A stretch of DNA of 60,966 nucleotides, counting the filler, from Sphacelaria rigidula (taxonomy: Eukaryota), in assembly GCA_964200075.2 (NCBI GenBank). It is 7 parts of 7 records of this genome, joined end to end, with 100 filler letters (N's around TTAATTAATTAA, not from the genome) between each part and the next. Parts side by side here need not be neighbours in the genome. Positions count along the whole stretch, not along the records: positions 8,725 to 17,348 come from CAXNAA020010568.1; positions 17,449 to 26,072 come from CAXNAA020010569.1; 5 more parts are not named here. One strand, 5' to 3'. Of the stretch, positions 12,081-24,419 are shown in pieces. The stretch's first letter is position 1. Each line of letters opens with the position of its first letter. A program made the position numbers and the translations under genes. The notes under the pieces were generated by a model. It did no database searches. It worked only from the letters and a program-made list of their open reading frames with translations, and was not told the origin of the DNA.

Positions 12081-13502
12081 GGTGTGTTGACTGTTTAGTC
12101 TTCGGTAAGACGAACAACGCGCTGTCCGTTGCTGCGACACCCCTGCTGGTACCGTGCGTTGGACGCCTGTTCTGTACCGTACTGTTGTGTTCGGTGTACA
12201 ATGCTGTGTTATCTATGATACTTTATATATGTCTGAAGCGCGCTACAAGTTAGACCGCACAACACTAGGTTTTAGATTACTCCCCTGGTGCACGAACACA
12301 AACACTTGGTTTTAGAGTATCCCCCTGGCGATTCCCAAGCGAAATGGAGTGATCTGATTGGTAAGTTACCAAGCGATCTGTCCCGCTCCAAATTCAGTCT
12401 GCCGGGATTTGTACAATTCTGCCCCTAGATCAGGTGTGCGACGTAAATCTCCCTCAAAACGATGCAAAAGTGATTGGAGGATGGTCCATATACTTCCCCC
12501 GGGGATGGGGGATGATTACATTACATCCCCGGCGTTTTCCATTTTTTGCGGAAATGCCATTATTTTCGTGGAAATTGTGATCAAACGCTGATTTTTGAGG
12601 AATATTCAGCACGTTTAACCCTTTTGGGACCGACCCCCACTAACACAGGGTTGACCCTGTGTTAGTAAAATAATAAAAAACAAGTCTTCGAGCGACCTGC
12701 CCAATCACGGCGAGGCGAAATTTATCGACCAGACCCGAACGACCAGTGCTGGGGTTGTTGGCGAGTATGATGCCACTGCAAAGATGACCCTATCCCTGGC
12801 CCGGATAAGCCTTCGCAGGTTTCCAAGCGCAGGGTGGTCGGAGCTTGGGTATATGATATGACTTGCACTTAGTATACCGTTCCCGAGTTTTCCTATGTTT
12901 TTTTGGGGTCTCAATTCCCTACTAAAACGTAGTAATTTACACTAACACAGGGTCGACCGGAAAAGCCGGGAAGGAGTGTACATGCTACCATGTGGTCATT
13001 TTCACCACGCCCTAAAACCAGGTGGGCTGTGGAAAGACAAAAGGATCTACTGTCACGAGTTCTGCTTATCCCTCTGGTGATGACTTGCAGGTTGCAGTTA
13101 ATATGTATGTATTGGGTGGGGATGAAGAAGCGATATGTAGGCAGTTGATCTCGGCAGCTGAGAATTGCCGAGAACATTCAAGGGGGTATGCAGCGGCAGC
13201 TGCTGCTTCAGTCGAAGAGGCGTACTACATTGTACTGTACTGTACTATACTGTTGCATGCATGCGTGCCGCAACACTGATACCGTTCGAAGAGAATTTGC
13301 CGCATGCAACAAAGGGGGAAATAGCGACCCACCCCGACGACAAAGGGCTGTGTGGCACGGTGATCGGGACAAGAGTATTATCGAAAGCCACAAGTGGCGG
13401 GCGGCCCGCCGGTCGCCGCATCCTGTTGGAAGCTCTCTAACGCGACCCATACTGCTTGCTAGATCAGATATATACCATTGCACCTGTGTACCTGAAAATA
13501 GA

Positions 13503-13880
13503 CTAGATGAAACTTTCGGTCTTCGTTATAACCCTGCGCTTACATACGCGGATTATCAGCAACACGCCACTATTTCGTGCAGACGCCAGACACGTCATTC
13601 CTGACCAGCCTCGTTGGTCGTTCTGGAGCCCGGTCCCAAAAGGGTTATTGCGCGAACTTGGAGCGGCGATACCAGCGTCCTTTTGCTCCTTGTAATGCTT
13701 CCACACGGCCGAAACTTGCTTACTCGAGCAACCAAACTGTTGCGCGACTCGCTTGATGTCGCCATGAGCCAACTTGCCGCTGTTGCTGCTCTCGAGGAGC
13801 TCGTTGATCATAGCGCGTCTGTCACTTTCGTTCAGATTCTTTCTGCTTCCCGTCCCAGCAGCGCCTCCAGCAACGGACAT
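13503..13880 (-). pseudogene. Truncated mariner transposase N-terminal HTH region
   Basis: NLNESDRRAMINELLESSNSGKLAHGDIKRVAQQFGCSSKQVSAVWK resembles the N-terminus of plant/oomycete DD39D mariner transposases. No catalytic domain follows. Confidence 0.7.
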
Positions 13881-14459
13881 CGTGAACAGACATGGGAAGA
13901 CAGGTCACCGGAGATTTTTCTTTTTGAGCTCTGAGCGTCTCTGCTTCGGATGCTGCTGTGGACACATGTTGGGTGTCATGTCGAGAAAAAAACGGTTCTG
14001 CCAGTCCCGCTCGAGTACCCTGGAAACAACGCAAAAATAACGGTAAAAAAAAAAAAGTGGGAGTTATTGAGCCGCATTTCCTAATATCCCTTATATTTCG
14101 GAACATAGTGGTGTAAGATGTGGCGGGGAAAAAGCATGTGCAAGCATGCAAGAGACGTTGTTGAAAGTATTGAAAGGACGTGTTACGTTTTGTCTGTTCT
14201 TTACTGTCTGCAAGGCAATATAATACAGATAGCAGTTTCTCTCCTTCCCTGTGTAATGTGTCATATTATCTTTATCCCACACGAGAGTAGTGAATATTTC
14301 GTTTTGATAGGCTGTGGTCGTTGTGTCCACCCGGGCGCAGTGAGCAGGTGAATAAGCATCGGCTTCACGGGCTGTACCGTGCTCCCGTTCGTTCTTTCTT
14401 TTGCACAGTAGCTTGTGCCCCAGAGCTCACCCGCTCCCGCTCCGCGTACCAGGAAGTGG

Positions 14460-14662
14460 TATTCCCGTCCAACAACATATAGGCGGTATTTGGGTGGGGA
14501 GCACTCGCTTTCGCCCTAAAGGTCATGCTCCACGGTATGAATTGTACTCTTCCGCTGCGCTTACCGGGCAGTGTTATTCCCGTTCAGCAATATTGAGGCG
14601 GTATTTGGATTAGGAGCACTCGCTTTCGCGCAAATGACCATGCTCCGCGTCATGAATTGTAG
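14460..14662 (+). repeat. Imperfect tandem duplication (~115-bp period)
   Basis: ATTCCCGT..GGCGGTATTTGG..GGAGCACTCGCTTTCGC..CATGCTCC..ATGAATTGTA occurs twice. Confidence 0.8.
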
Positions 14663-16677
14663 TGAGTGTGGAGGAGAACACATCCTCGAGGACCAGTTTC
14701 AACTGGCTGAAAGAAGCAGCGACGAGCGAAGCAAGCGTCGAAGAACAGCATGTTGATTGACTGCGTGATATCGCGGCGACCAATCAACGTGCTGGTTTCG
14801 GGCGCTTGCTTTTGCTCTTCGCTGTTTTTTTCAGCCTGATATGGCACAACCTCACTGCATCAGCACGGAATGCTGAGGCTACAGGTAAAGAACGTGGCTG
14901 AAGCATCCCAATGGCGAACGACCCCTGTCACGGCGTAGATCGGGAGCGTGGTTAATTAATATACGAAGCCCGAATTCACGAGGAAAGATCGACAGTGTGC
15001 ATGTATCCGGCCGGCCGTACTGCACCGACTGTACGACGCGAACCACGCCTCGGCAGCGCTGTAATACCCGCGATCCTTTCGTGATGATCGCGCTCTGATG
15101 CATCGCGATATCAAGTGATGCGGTAAATGACTGCGCAAAAGCTCCACCAGGTGAATTTCGCTCAATGCTAAAAAAACTCACGTAGCAGACGCTAGCGATC
15201 GAGTTGCAAGCTAATTGTGGTGAAAGGCGAAAACAAGCACCCTCATGATGGTCGGTCTGTAGTGATGTCGGCTAAGCAAGCTCTGGTACAGTCTCTAAGG
15301 TAAGGTTGCCCTCTTCCCGAAGAGTTTTACAGGTCCTCGGCAGAACACACGCTTCGCACCGACTCGGCTTCGCGGCAAAGTCCGGCGCGTGACGGCGGGT
15401 GCATGTTGAGCACAGCAACCTTAAATACATGAAGAAGCCTCAACCGCGCTTATCACCTGTGTTACTGCGAGGGTCAACCGATGTGCGCCGCAGAGCTACT
15501 CGACTATGCTGGCAAGATTTGCCGCTGCCTCCTCGCCGGTTTGATATTCCACCCTCTATTATTGTCATCAGGCAGTGAAAGCAGTTGCGATTGAAGCGTA
15601 CGAGGCTCATAATCATCCTTTCAACCCACAGCGTGAGAACGCCTTGGATCACCGTTACTGTTGCTTCAAATCCATGCGCGGCATCGAGCAACATATCCTG
15701 GAAGTTTCAGCACCATCACACACCAGGTGCGGTGTGCCTGGAGGCATAACTTTTCGGTACACCTCCTCCATATTATTGTCAGGGAATAACGCTGCAGGTG
15801 GCGTATTATTTCACCACAAAGCAAGGGCAGACAGAAGATTTAGGATTGAGGGATACGTGGATGTGTTCACGCCAAACTCAGGCACATGATGAACGGTAGC
15901 ATCAGCGGGTTAGATTTCCAGCCACTGGATTGACCAAAACTGCGGCATACCTGTTTCTGGCAGAAAACAAGATAGGTACACCTGATATTTTCGTCTTTTC
16001 TCCCAGGCCTTTACCTGAATTTCGCAAAGCACCTGCACCTGACGGAAATTGCACCTGAATGTAGCAGATTCCAACTGGTTGAAATGCCATGTTTCAGCCC
16101 TCACAACGGTGGCAAAGCAACGATGGCCGTGCACTTTCGAGCACTCGTCCAAACGTACGACATGTGTCCCGATTCCGACAGTTCGACTCTAGCGTGGGGA
16201 CTTTCAGCTACCACAGAGATTCGCGTGAATATCACGTACTCTATCTATCAACCGAGTATATTTTGCAAGGGCACTTACTCCCGCCACAACGCACACATTG
16301 TTGCGTGTCCACGAACATATCAAGATTCAAGGAGCGGCCGAATTCGAAACGTTCCTGGGAGGCTACAGGGTGAGACCGAAGCGGACGTCTGAGAGCTTTG
16401 CGGACGCAAATGGGCAATGCATCGTAGTGTTCGGCGACGACGACGGCGATGACGCCTGTGACGATCGACAAGAGGGGGAAAAAAAAGGTACAGAACACCA
16501 AAGCGAGGCCGTAACGGGCAGGAACGCGAGAGGTGCGGAGGAATGTTGGACCACCATCAACCCTTTCCTGTGACAGCTGTGCAAACATTTATACCCCATC
16601 GCCATAGTCAACTCATTTTTCATAATGAGCGAAGTACGTGATTGTAGCAGCACATCGAAATGAGAATTGTTTCACAG

Positions 16678-16808
16678 CAGGATATGCTTCTCAGTCCCTC
16701 TTCCCCCCTACCTTTCCCATGCCCTGCCCCACCCTGCCTCCACGCTCCCTTCCATCCTTCAACACTTACCCATACTCGCCTTGACGCACACCGGGTCGCA
16801 GGCAAAGC

Positions 16809-16845
<37 letters not shown>

Positions 16846-17348
16846 CAACAACAACCTTTCGGCATCGAGGATGCTGTTCTTGTGGTGGAAGATATTTCGC
16901 CAGGCGGCGGATACGCTGCCTTTTGCGGCGCAGCTAGCCCCCTTGTACTCCTACACGACCCCACCGCCAAGGCCATTCTAAACAACGACAACGACGGCAG
17001 CAGCGGCGACCGTCACCGTCATGTCCCCGACGCCTACGTCTGTGCGCGACGGGGCCGAGATGATATTGATTCGTCGGTGGCCGCTCTCCTGGTGCAAGCT
17101 CTGCATGGTTGGTTAGGCGGTCCCACCGCGGCAGCAACCGCCGGCAGCCGGGGGGCAGCGATCGCTAGCAAAGATGCTGCCTCGCGAAGTGAAGAACAAG
17201 AGTTTGAGGACGCACTTTTGATGCTCGGCGGCGCCGGCGGTGAAGCTGAAAGGGTTATCGCGGGCGCGGGGCGTGATGGGGATGGGGGGGGTCAAGAAGG
17301 GGAGGGGGAGGAAGTTGTTGAGATGGTGGACTGGGTTGATACGGAGGG
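16678..17348 (+). CDS. Probable coding exon of an unknown protein (polyQ, acidic low-complexity), truncated at the contig end
   Basis: About 220 codons stay open after a TTTCACAG acceptor. It has a (CAG)n(CAA)n polyQ tract and the structured-looking segment GIEDAVLVVEDISPGGGYAAFCGAASPLVLLHDP. No family recognised. Confidence 0.55.
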
Positions 17349-17448
17349 NNNNNNNNNNNNNNNNNNNNNNNNNNNNNNNNNNNNNNNNNNNNTTAATTAA
17401 TTAANNNNNNNNNNNNNNNNNNNNNNNNNNNNNNNNNNNNNNNNNNNN
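17349..17448. other. Artificial contig spacer
   Basis: Same 100-bp N/TTAATTAATTAA/N linker. Confidence 0.98.
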
Positions 17449-20400
17449 CGTGAAGATTTTGCCTCCCAAACCCATGCACGTTTTTTGGGGGGGCTATCGT
17501 AGAAAGTGTCGATCATTATCCAGATCATCACTACCAACGGTCATCATCCAGAACATCACTGCCAACTCAACGTAACGGGGTAATTTCGTCACAGCACCTA
17601 CAAAGCGCAATGTACGAAAGTCGATCAACAAGCTTGACACATAGAAAACGCCAAAACGATGGGAAAGTCACAACTGAATACCAAACTCACTCGTAATGCG
17701 AGCAGCAACGGGACGCGTCACGCGCAATTTACGCAATTCCCTCGTGAGAAATTCCGGAGCGGCCTCACAGAAATCCTTAAAAGGCTCCCACGTACGTTCC
17801 TGAACTTCGAAACCAACCCAGTCGACCAACACGATCAACTTACGATCGTCTGCGTCTGCCACTCGAACAATACCAGCCATCTGAAATTGCCCCTGATTAA
17901 AAGCATACTGGAACACATCCTTCTCGTCAGTCGGAACATTAAGCTGCGAGTCTGCATAAAAACGCAAACAAGCTACATGGGTGATCTGAACACGACCCGA
18001 AACAATATTCTGAATCTCAAACGCGTGCGGGTGGTGAGCGACAACCATTCTCCACGGACCAGTCGACGTCGCCATCAACTTGGGTGTAACGCCCGGACGA
18101 CGCACGCGTGCATACAGGACATAGTCGCCTACCTCAGAATTCGGTAGTTCCAGCCCCGACGAGGACCCCTCACGTCTACGTGCACGTTCAGCGGCAACAT
18201 GTCTCTGCACTTGAAACCGCTTTACGCTGCTCGAGAAGAATAGAGCGAAGAGCACGAACTACTTCCTTGACCGTGCGTTCGCACGTGCGGTTAGACCACG
18301 GAGAATACGGCACCGCAAACTGGTGATCAACGTGCAAAACCTCTCGCAATCGGGCCAAGATCGCATTCCTGACCTGCGTGGCGGTATCACGTACCCACAC
18401 ACGCGGCGCCCCCAAAGGTTTGCACCAATTCAGCAAAGATGTGGTAGTTGATTCAGCAGTACACAATGCTGCTGGCTCCAGAGATACAAAGTTGCTCAAA
18501 TTATCTATGATTACCGAAATGTATCGAAACCCAGCATCCTCCGACGAACCTTGGGAAGCTAGCGGGCCACTCTCGCCCACGTACAAGAAATCAAATTGAA
18601 CGACTTCATTCGGCATGATCCCATGGACCGTTTCGCCGAGCGGGCGGGGAACAACATCGCCCGCCTTCGAGTCAGCACAGTGAAGACACTGGTGGAAAAT
18701 TCGCGCACATGAGTTTCCATCCCCTGCCAGACACAAAACTCTTGCAAGCGTACGAGCGTCGCAGACACAGCACGATACCCGGCGTCGCGCATGTGCGCGC
18801 AAATCATCAGACGTACCTGCAACTGTTTGTCAGAACTCGGAATCCACAAAACTTTTCGGCCACGCACATGCACACGAAACAGACCTTCATTGTCCGAGAT
18901 AGTACCAACATTCGATGCGAAAGATTGCACGTCCGCATCTTCGCCCCCAAGGTCTTTTCGTTGCGCTTGGCGGACAACAGATTTGGACGGCATCGAGTCA
19001 TCAGGTTCACACGGGCCATACACAGCCACAACACGCGCAGGTAAAGCCGGAAGATTCACCCAACGCGAAAGCAAGTCACCCCACGCGTTACGATCACCCG
19101 AAATACGGCAAATCGAGAAACGATACTGGCCAAGAACAGCTTTCCAACCCTCCAAACGCTGTGCCAATACCTTCGACACAGACGTAACGCGCGCTTCCGG
19201 GTTGAAGATATACACGAGATTCCGGTGATCCGTGAAAATGTGCACGCCATCCCACAAAAGATGCTCGAAAACGACGAAAAGTACTCACGATAGTGATACC
19301 TTTCTTGCCAATTATGGCTCAACGCAACTGCGAACCCTTGAAATTACCACTGAGGAAAGCCAGCGGTTCATGCGCCATATCCTCAAGCGGCAAGCGCCTT
19401 TGTATTTCAACATTAGGCATCTGCATGACCAAACTACCCCGATGACACTCAAATGCATCGGGAAACAGTAACACGTGACAATCAGGACGAGGATGGAACA
19501 GCGTTACGGCGTGAGCCACCAGATCCTTCGCTGCCGCCCACGCCTGCAGCCTGCCCTCCGTCCACGATGCAGCCTTCTTCGGGAACGCCATATCTGGACT
19601 GGACCAGCCGCCCGTAATTCCGTAACACCAACCCGAGCTCCAGAAGAGCCGCCATGCACGACGCCAACCAATTCGACTTCACCGGATCGTACCGCCGCGG
19701 CTTCGTCTTCATCACGGACGCCCTAGGTGTGAGCTTAACACACATGTGCTCCACGCGCGCATGGGGATCACCCCACAGTGCACGACGAAACGCGTTGACG
19801 CGGCGATGCAGTATGCCGGGCAGGCGCTCCGCTTTTGAAACGCTGAGGCCTTTCGCCATAGCGTTCGTCACGCTCTCCTCAGGCGCGACCTTCCAAGCGG
19901 ACTCCTCTTCCGCCAGAACCTTTAACATATCCGGGCCGCGCTCTACCGAGCGTTCCACCGCCGCATCCCGCTTCTTGGTCACCTGCTCCCTAGCCTCCTG
20001 GAAAGCATCCACCGAAAAAGTCCCGTGACCACTGCCCGAAAAGGCGGGCGTCTCCAAGCGTGGGCCAGGTGCAGACACCCACGTCTTCATGGAGTCCCAC
20101 AACCGCCGAGCGTCGACTCCAAGATCCTGAAGCGTCGGCGACCCTAGAAGAATGACGCCATCCAACCCTGGCATGATCGCAAAAGAGATCGAAGGCAACG
20201 ACGCCGGCCCCCAGGAAGTCGTGAATGTCAGCTGCAGCGGAAGAGTACGCTCTGTGACGTAAACATATTGACCCAACGCGGTGACGGCCTGCCGCGCCCC
20301 GAGCGAAAATGGAATGCGCAGCGGCACACCCGGGAGGAGACGCTCCAACGTATCTACAATCTATACCGACAGACTCACATGACCCGTCAAGTGGGCGCCA

Positions 20401-21470
20401 GAATCTCACTTAGCCCGAACCGCAATGGCTCCACGCTTCCGTTGATTTGGAAGACATAGCTCGGCAGGAACGTATTTGTGCGCAGAATTCATTTACACTT
20501 TATTCGCCGACCGATACGCCGCTGATTCCACTTGACGCCACGGCTACCCAAGCTGCGCAGGCGAAGACGCCTCGGCAGGTTCAAACGGCACCGTCGGCGG
20601 GTATGACCCCCAGCCAGCAGACCAAGAATTTGGCGATCTTCCGACCAGCCACCGGCGCCACCACCGGCGCCGGCGCAGTGTTTGACACTGTAGAAGTCGG
20701 TCCCACCTGCACCAACCGTTGCGGAGCAGCAGCACCTGCAGCGGCGCCGGACCCATAACCAGACCCATGCTGGCGCCGCCGCCGCCGCCGCCGCTGCTGC
20801 TGCTGCTGCCGCTGCTGCCGCTGAGGACTTAACTGCGACCCTCAACCGTCGGAAGATCTGCCGTCGGCACCCCGATTACCTCGCCCTTTGCCCTTTTGCT
20901 GACGATGCTGATGGCGCGTGGCATAAGACTGCCCAGACTCTCCACCGGAAGACGTTGGGCAATCGCGGGCGCATTGGCCGACCTGGCCACAGCGGTGGCA
21001 AGTACCTGCCGCATGCCCAGCATGCTTTTGGATCGCCGCAACCAATTGCGGCGGGGTGATTGTGCTCTTTTTATGTTCCACACGTGCAAACATTCTTTGC
21101 ACATACGTCGGTACTTGTTCAGCCATCTACGCGACCTGATGTCGAACTTCACCCCCTGCGTTAGCGTGCTCCACACGCCCACTACCCTCCGAGTACTTCG
21201 CATGAAAAGTGCGAGATGCACTCTTTGAGTACCTATCCCCATATTGGGGGGGTCGCAACTCTTCCCGCATGACCACGGGCGTCACGCTGGACGTACCACT
21301 CGAGCCGGTCGCCATCAATTCCCAGCAGGTTTGCCAGGAGCTATTCCTAGCACTAAAACTAGCACTAATGTCGATATTGTGACACCAGCCAGAAGAAAGA
21401 CTGGCGGATCACTGCTGGTGAGGAACTCCCCAGTCTTGCTGGCCTCAGTTTGCATCACCAAGAGGAGCGT
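17449..21470 (-). mobile_element. Decayed Ty3/Gypsy chromodomain LTR retrotransposon A (gag remnant, protease region, RT largely deleted, RNase H, integrase, chromodomain)
   Basis: RNase H (HIFTDHRNLVYIF, ISGDRNAWGDLLSRW), integrase (CLHCADSK, PNEVVQFDFLYV, PYSPWSNRTCERTVKEV), GPW motif and chromodomain (LVDWVGFEVQERTWEP), and a gag knuckle remnant (CHRCGQVGQCARDC). Candidate LTR ends on the minus strand: TGTGAC from 17593 and GTCACA ending at 21378. Many frameshifts. Confidence 0.9.
17668..18255 (-). pseudogene. Gypsy integrase C-terminus (GPY/F-like region plus chromodomain)
   Basis: VGDYVLYARVRRPGVTPKLMATSTGPWRMV...VLVDWVGFEVQERTWEPFKDF. Confidence 0.88.
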
Positions 21471-21479
21471 AGTCCACTT

Positions 21480-24052
21480 GCATCATAAAACATGCACTTG
21501 CGCGCAGCAGCAAACAGACCAACGCCCTCCAATCGGCCCAAAATTGCATTCAGCGTGCGCAGCAAGTCATCCTCATATTTCCCCCACCACAAAATATCGT
21601 CAACCCATACCTTGCAGTCGAGCCCAGTCAACAGTCCCATCATTATCCGCTGAAAATATCCGGTGGCCTTGAGCACGCCTTGCAGCACCCTCATGGGGGT
21701 GAAAAGTCCGTCGGGAGTCGCAATGGTGGAAATTTCCTGGGCTTCAGCCGCTAGCGGCATCGGCCAGTACCCCTGTAGCAGCATGTCAAGCTTCCCAAAA
21801 CACGGTGCACCCAACAAATCGGCCATTTCCGTCTCAGGATTCGGCATAACACTGGGAACCTTCTCGATCTGCCTGTTGACTGCTTTGTAATCACTCACCA
21901 GACGAGAGCTGCCCTTCTTGGACGCAGCCATAGCTGCGCTTGCCCACACCGCCTGGATATTGCGGAATACCAACCCCAGCACCACCAGCGTAGCCATGCA
22001 CCCTGCCAACCAGCTCTTCTTCACTGGAGAGTATGTTCTCGGGCTCGCCTTGACTGCTTCAGCCCCCGGTTTGAATCGTACCTGCAAAGGCTCCATGCGA
22101 GCAGGGGGGTCACCTCGCAACTCTCGTCGAAAAGCATTGGTCCGACGGCCGATAATTTATCGTAGCTTGCTCACCCCGTTCTCCGACATGCCATCATCCG
22201 CCGCAGCTTGCACCGCCTCCTCCAGCGCCATTGTGCGCTCAACAAGCTCTTGCTCTGGTGGCATGAACATTTCCGGACCCCGTGACACAAATCGCTCGAC
22301 AGATGAATCCACCGATTCCTCTTGACCGGTCGTCTCCTGGAGCTCCTTCACCGCGAGACTCACACGCCTGCACTCGCGGAACTCAGGCGTCTCGATACCC
22401 CGCAAAGAAGGGTGTTCTGCTTGCGCGCATGCGCCCAGATCATTGTAGATGTTGATGCCGATTTTCGCCAGAGTTTTGCTCCCGATAATAACCACATCAC
22501 CAGCGCCGGGCATAACCGCATACCGGCAGGGCTCAAGCACCACCGGCCCTCAGCTCGTGTGGAGTGCCGTACGAACCAGACACGTTTTCGAGTGCATGGC
22601 TTTTGCGTTACCGTCAGCCAGTCTTACCGGGTGTCCACGTGCCATTGATGTGACAACTGACACTCCAGGAAACGCTTTATCCAACTGGGTCGCCAATCGT
22701 TCAGACATAATGGGTATTCCAGCTCCAGAGTCCAACACAGCCTTGATCGGGCAGACTGTCTGTACGGCCAAACCAGGGACAGACAGATCAGCTCGGCAGC
22801 ATTGCGGCCTATTTTCCACGTCCAAACCCTTGGCCTCCAGCTCTGCCACCTCGGAAGCAGTGTCTAAGCCCCGCCACGCGGCACTGCCGCCGATGTCCAC
22901 TGCTGAACTGTTTCTGTCGACCGCGGAGGCTGTACTGTAGAAGCCGGAACAGTCGGCTCAGGCTGCAACGTAGCATCAGCACCGTTGGTGCCCCCTTGAC
23001 GACCATTCCCTGGAAAACCAGCCCGGGTAGGGGTAGGACCCTGGCTCCCCCCCCCGCGGAGCTTGCACCCTTCGGGGTTGTTGTTGCCGCGGCTGTACGT
23101 GTCCGCCATCCCCACCTCCGGTAGCTACAGGCTTGTTTTTCTTCTTACAGTCTTTTCTAGAATAACCTTTGTCCCCACACTCGAAACATCCTGCGCAATC
23201 AGGGCCGGGTCTGAGAGATTTTATGGATTTCGATCCGCTGTTACCTGATACAACAGGCGCGGCTGCGGCGCTAGCTGCCGTCAACAGTTCCTTCTGCCCT
23301 TGCGGACCCACCTTTTTGTTCTTGAGCCGTGGAGCGGATCGGCGATGCTTATCAACCTCCTCGACATTTCGCCACAGTTAGGCCACCTCACGAGCGACAT
23401 CGTATACAAGTTTCGGTTGATCTTTCCACCCCCTCGTCATTTGAAGCTCGTTTTGGACTTTAGTTTTGAATTCCAGACGGGTCAGACCGGTGATCATGGC
23501 TCTAGTGATGATGTGTGCCGGGCCTGCTTTATATGTACGGTCCATTTCGCGGGAAACACGCTCTGCACCCTCATTTTCCTTGAAATATTCCTGCAGGGCG
23601 CTCGACTGTCCTTCCACTCGACGCATAGCAGTTGAATCGGATCGTGCAGCAAGTGCCTTTTTTACCCCGACTGCGACCTCAGTTGAATCCATTTCCATTC
23701 CTACCCAGCATTTCGCATGCCGTGCGATCCCTTTCCTAATCCGGGCGTTAGAGAGCTCAGTTCCATCAAAAATAGTGTCCGCCAAACAATCTTGTACATG
23801 CCGAGGCACTGGCTCCTCCATGGTCAATAGTGCGCTCTTTACAGTTCGAGTCTTGTTCCGTCGCAGAACAGCCTGTTCGTATTCCTGATATTTCTGCAGA
23901 AACCGTCACGATGCCTGCTCACTAAACAAGCGCCCATACGCAGGCGCCTTGAGCGATTCCCCCGCAATCAAATGCGTCACATTGAACTTCACCTCTTCGT
24001 CGTCCCCCCCCTTGTCAGGGTTAGACTCCTTGCTCACTTTCGTTCGCGTCAT
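21480..24052 (-). mobile_element. Decayed Ty3/Gypsy retrotransposon B (gag, aspartic protease, RT), truncated after RT
   Basis: Gag with the knuckle CFECGDKGYSRKDC, protease AVLDSGAG, and RT motifs RLVSDYKAVN, FGKLDMLLQGYW, TPMRVLQG and CKVWVDDILWWG. Confidence 0.9.
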
Positions 24053-24419
24053 CTTTCAAACGCTTCCTGCACTCCGTGCTCCGTCGTATCTACCCCCGTG
24101 TTATTTTAATGAGCATCCTCGCTCTTTTTAGGGTTCAACGACGCCGTTCAAAAACAAGTTTCTTGAGTAAACGTTTACTACAGACTTGCCTGGAATCAGA
24201 ACAAGGTCTAAGTGCTTGCTCCAAAGGCTTCCTCCCCAGCAGGGCATCAGAGATTCCAAGACAGAGCAATTATACAAACAGTTATATTCATTAAACCGGA
24301 AGTAAGCTTCATGGGCTTTCTCACGAACACGATATGTTACGCATCCAAAAGTCATCCTCTAACCAATCAATCCAGGACCCACCGCATATCTACATGTTGC
24401 ATATATGCTACAGGTGGAC

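Larger units (their letters stand above)
11599..14113 (-). mobile_element. Decayed Tc1/mariner element of plant-mariner/Stowaway type, internally deleted, probably with nested sequence
   Basis: 11597-11635 matches the reverse complement of 14077-14115 at 32 of 39 positions. The right end CTTATATTTCGGAACATAGTGGTG|TA resembles Stowaway/Osmar TIRs. An internal ORF encodes a transposase N-terminus. Confidence 0.55.

Noticed and set aside
10500-14756. Scattered possible plus-strand exons (e.g. 11453-11560, ~13145-13220, ~14663-14756)
   Set aside because: Some have plausible splice signals, but I found no recognisable domain and no reliable exon chain.
16620-16991. Poly-cysteine ORF on the minus strand
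   Set aside because: It is the antisense reading of the (CAG)n/(CAA)n polyQ tract.
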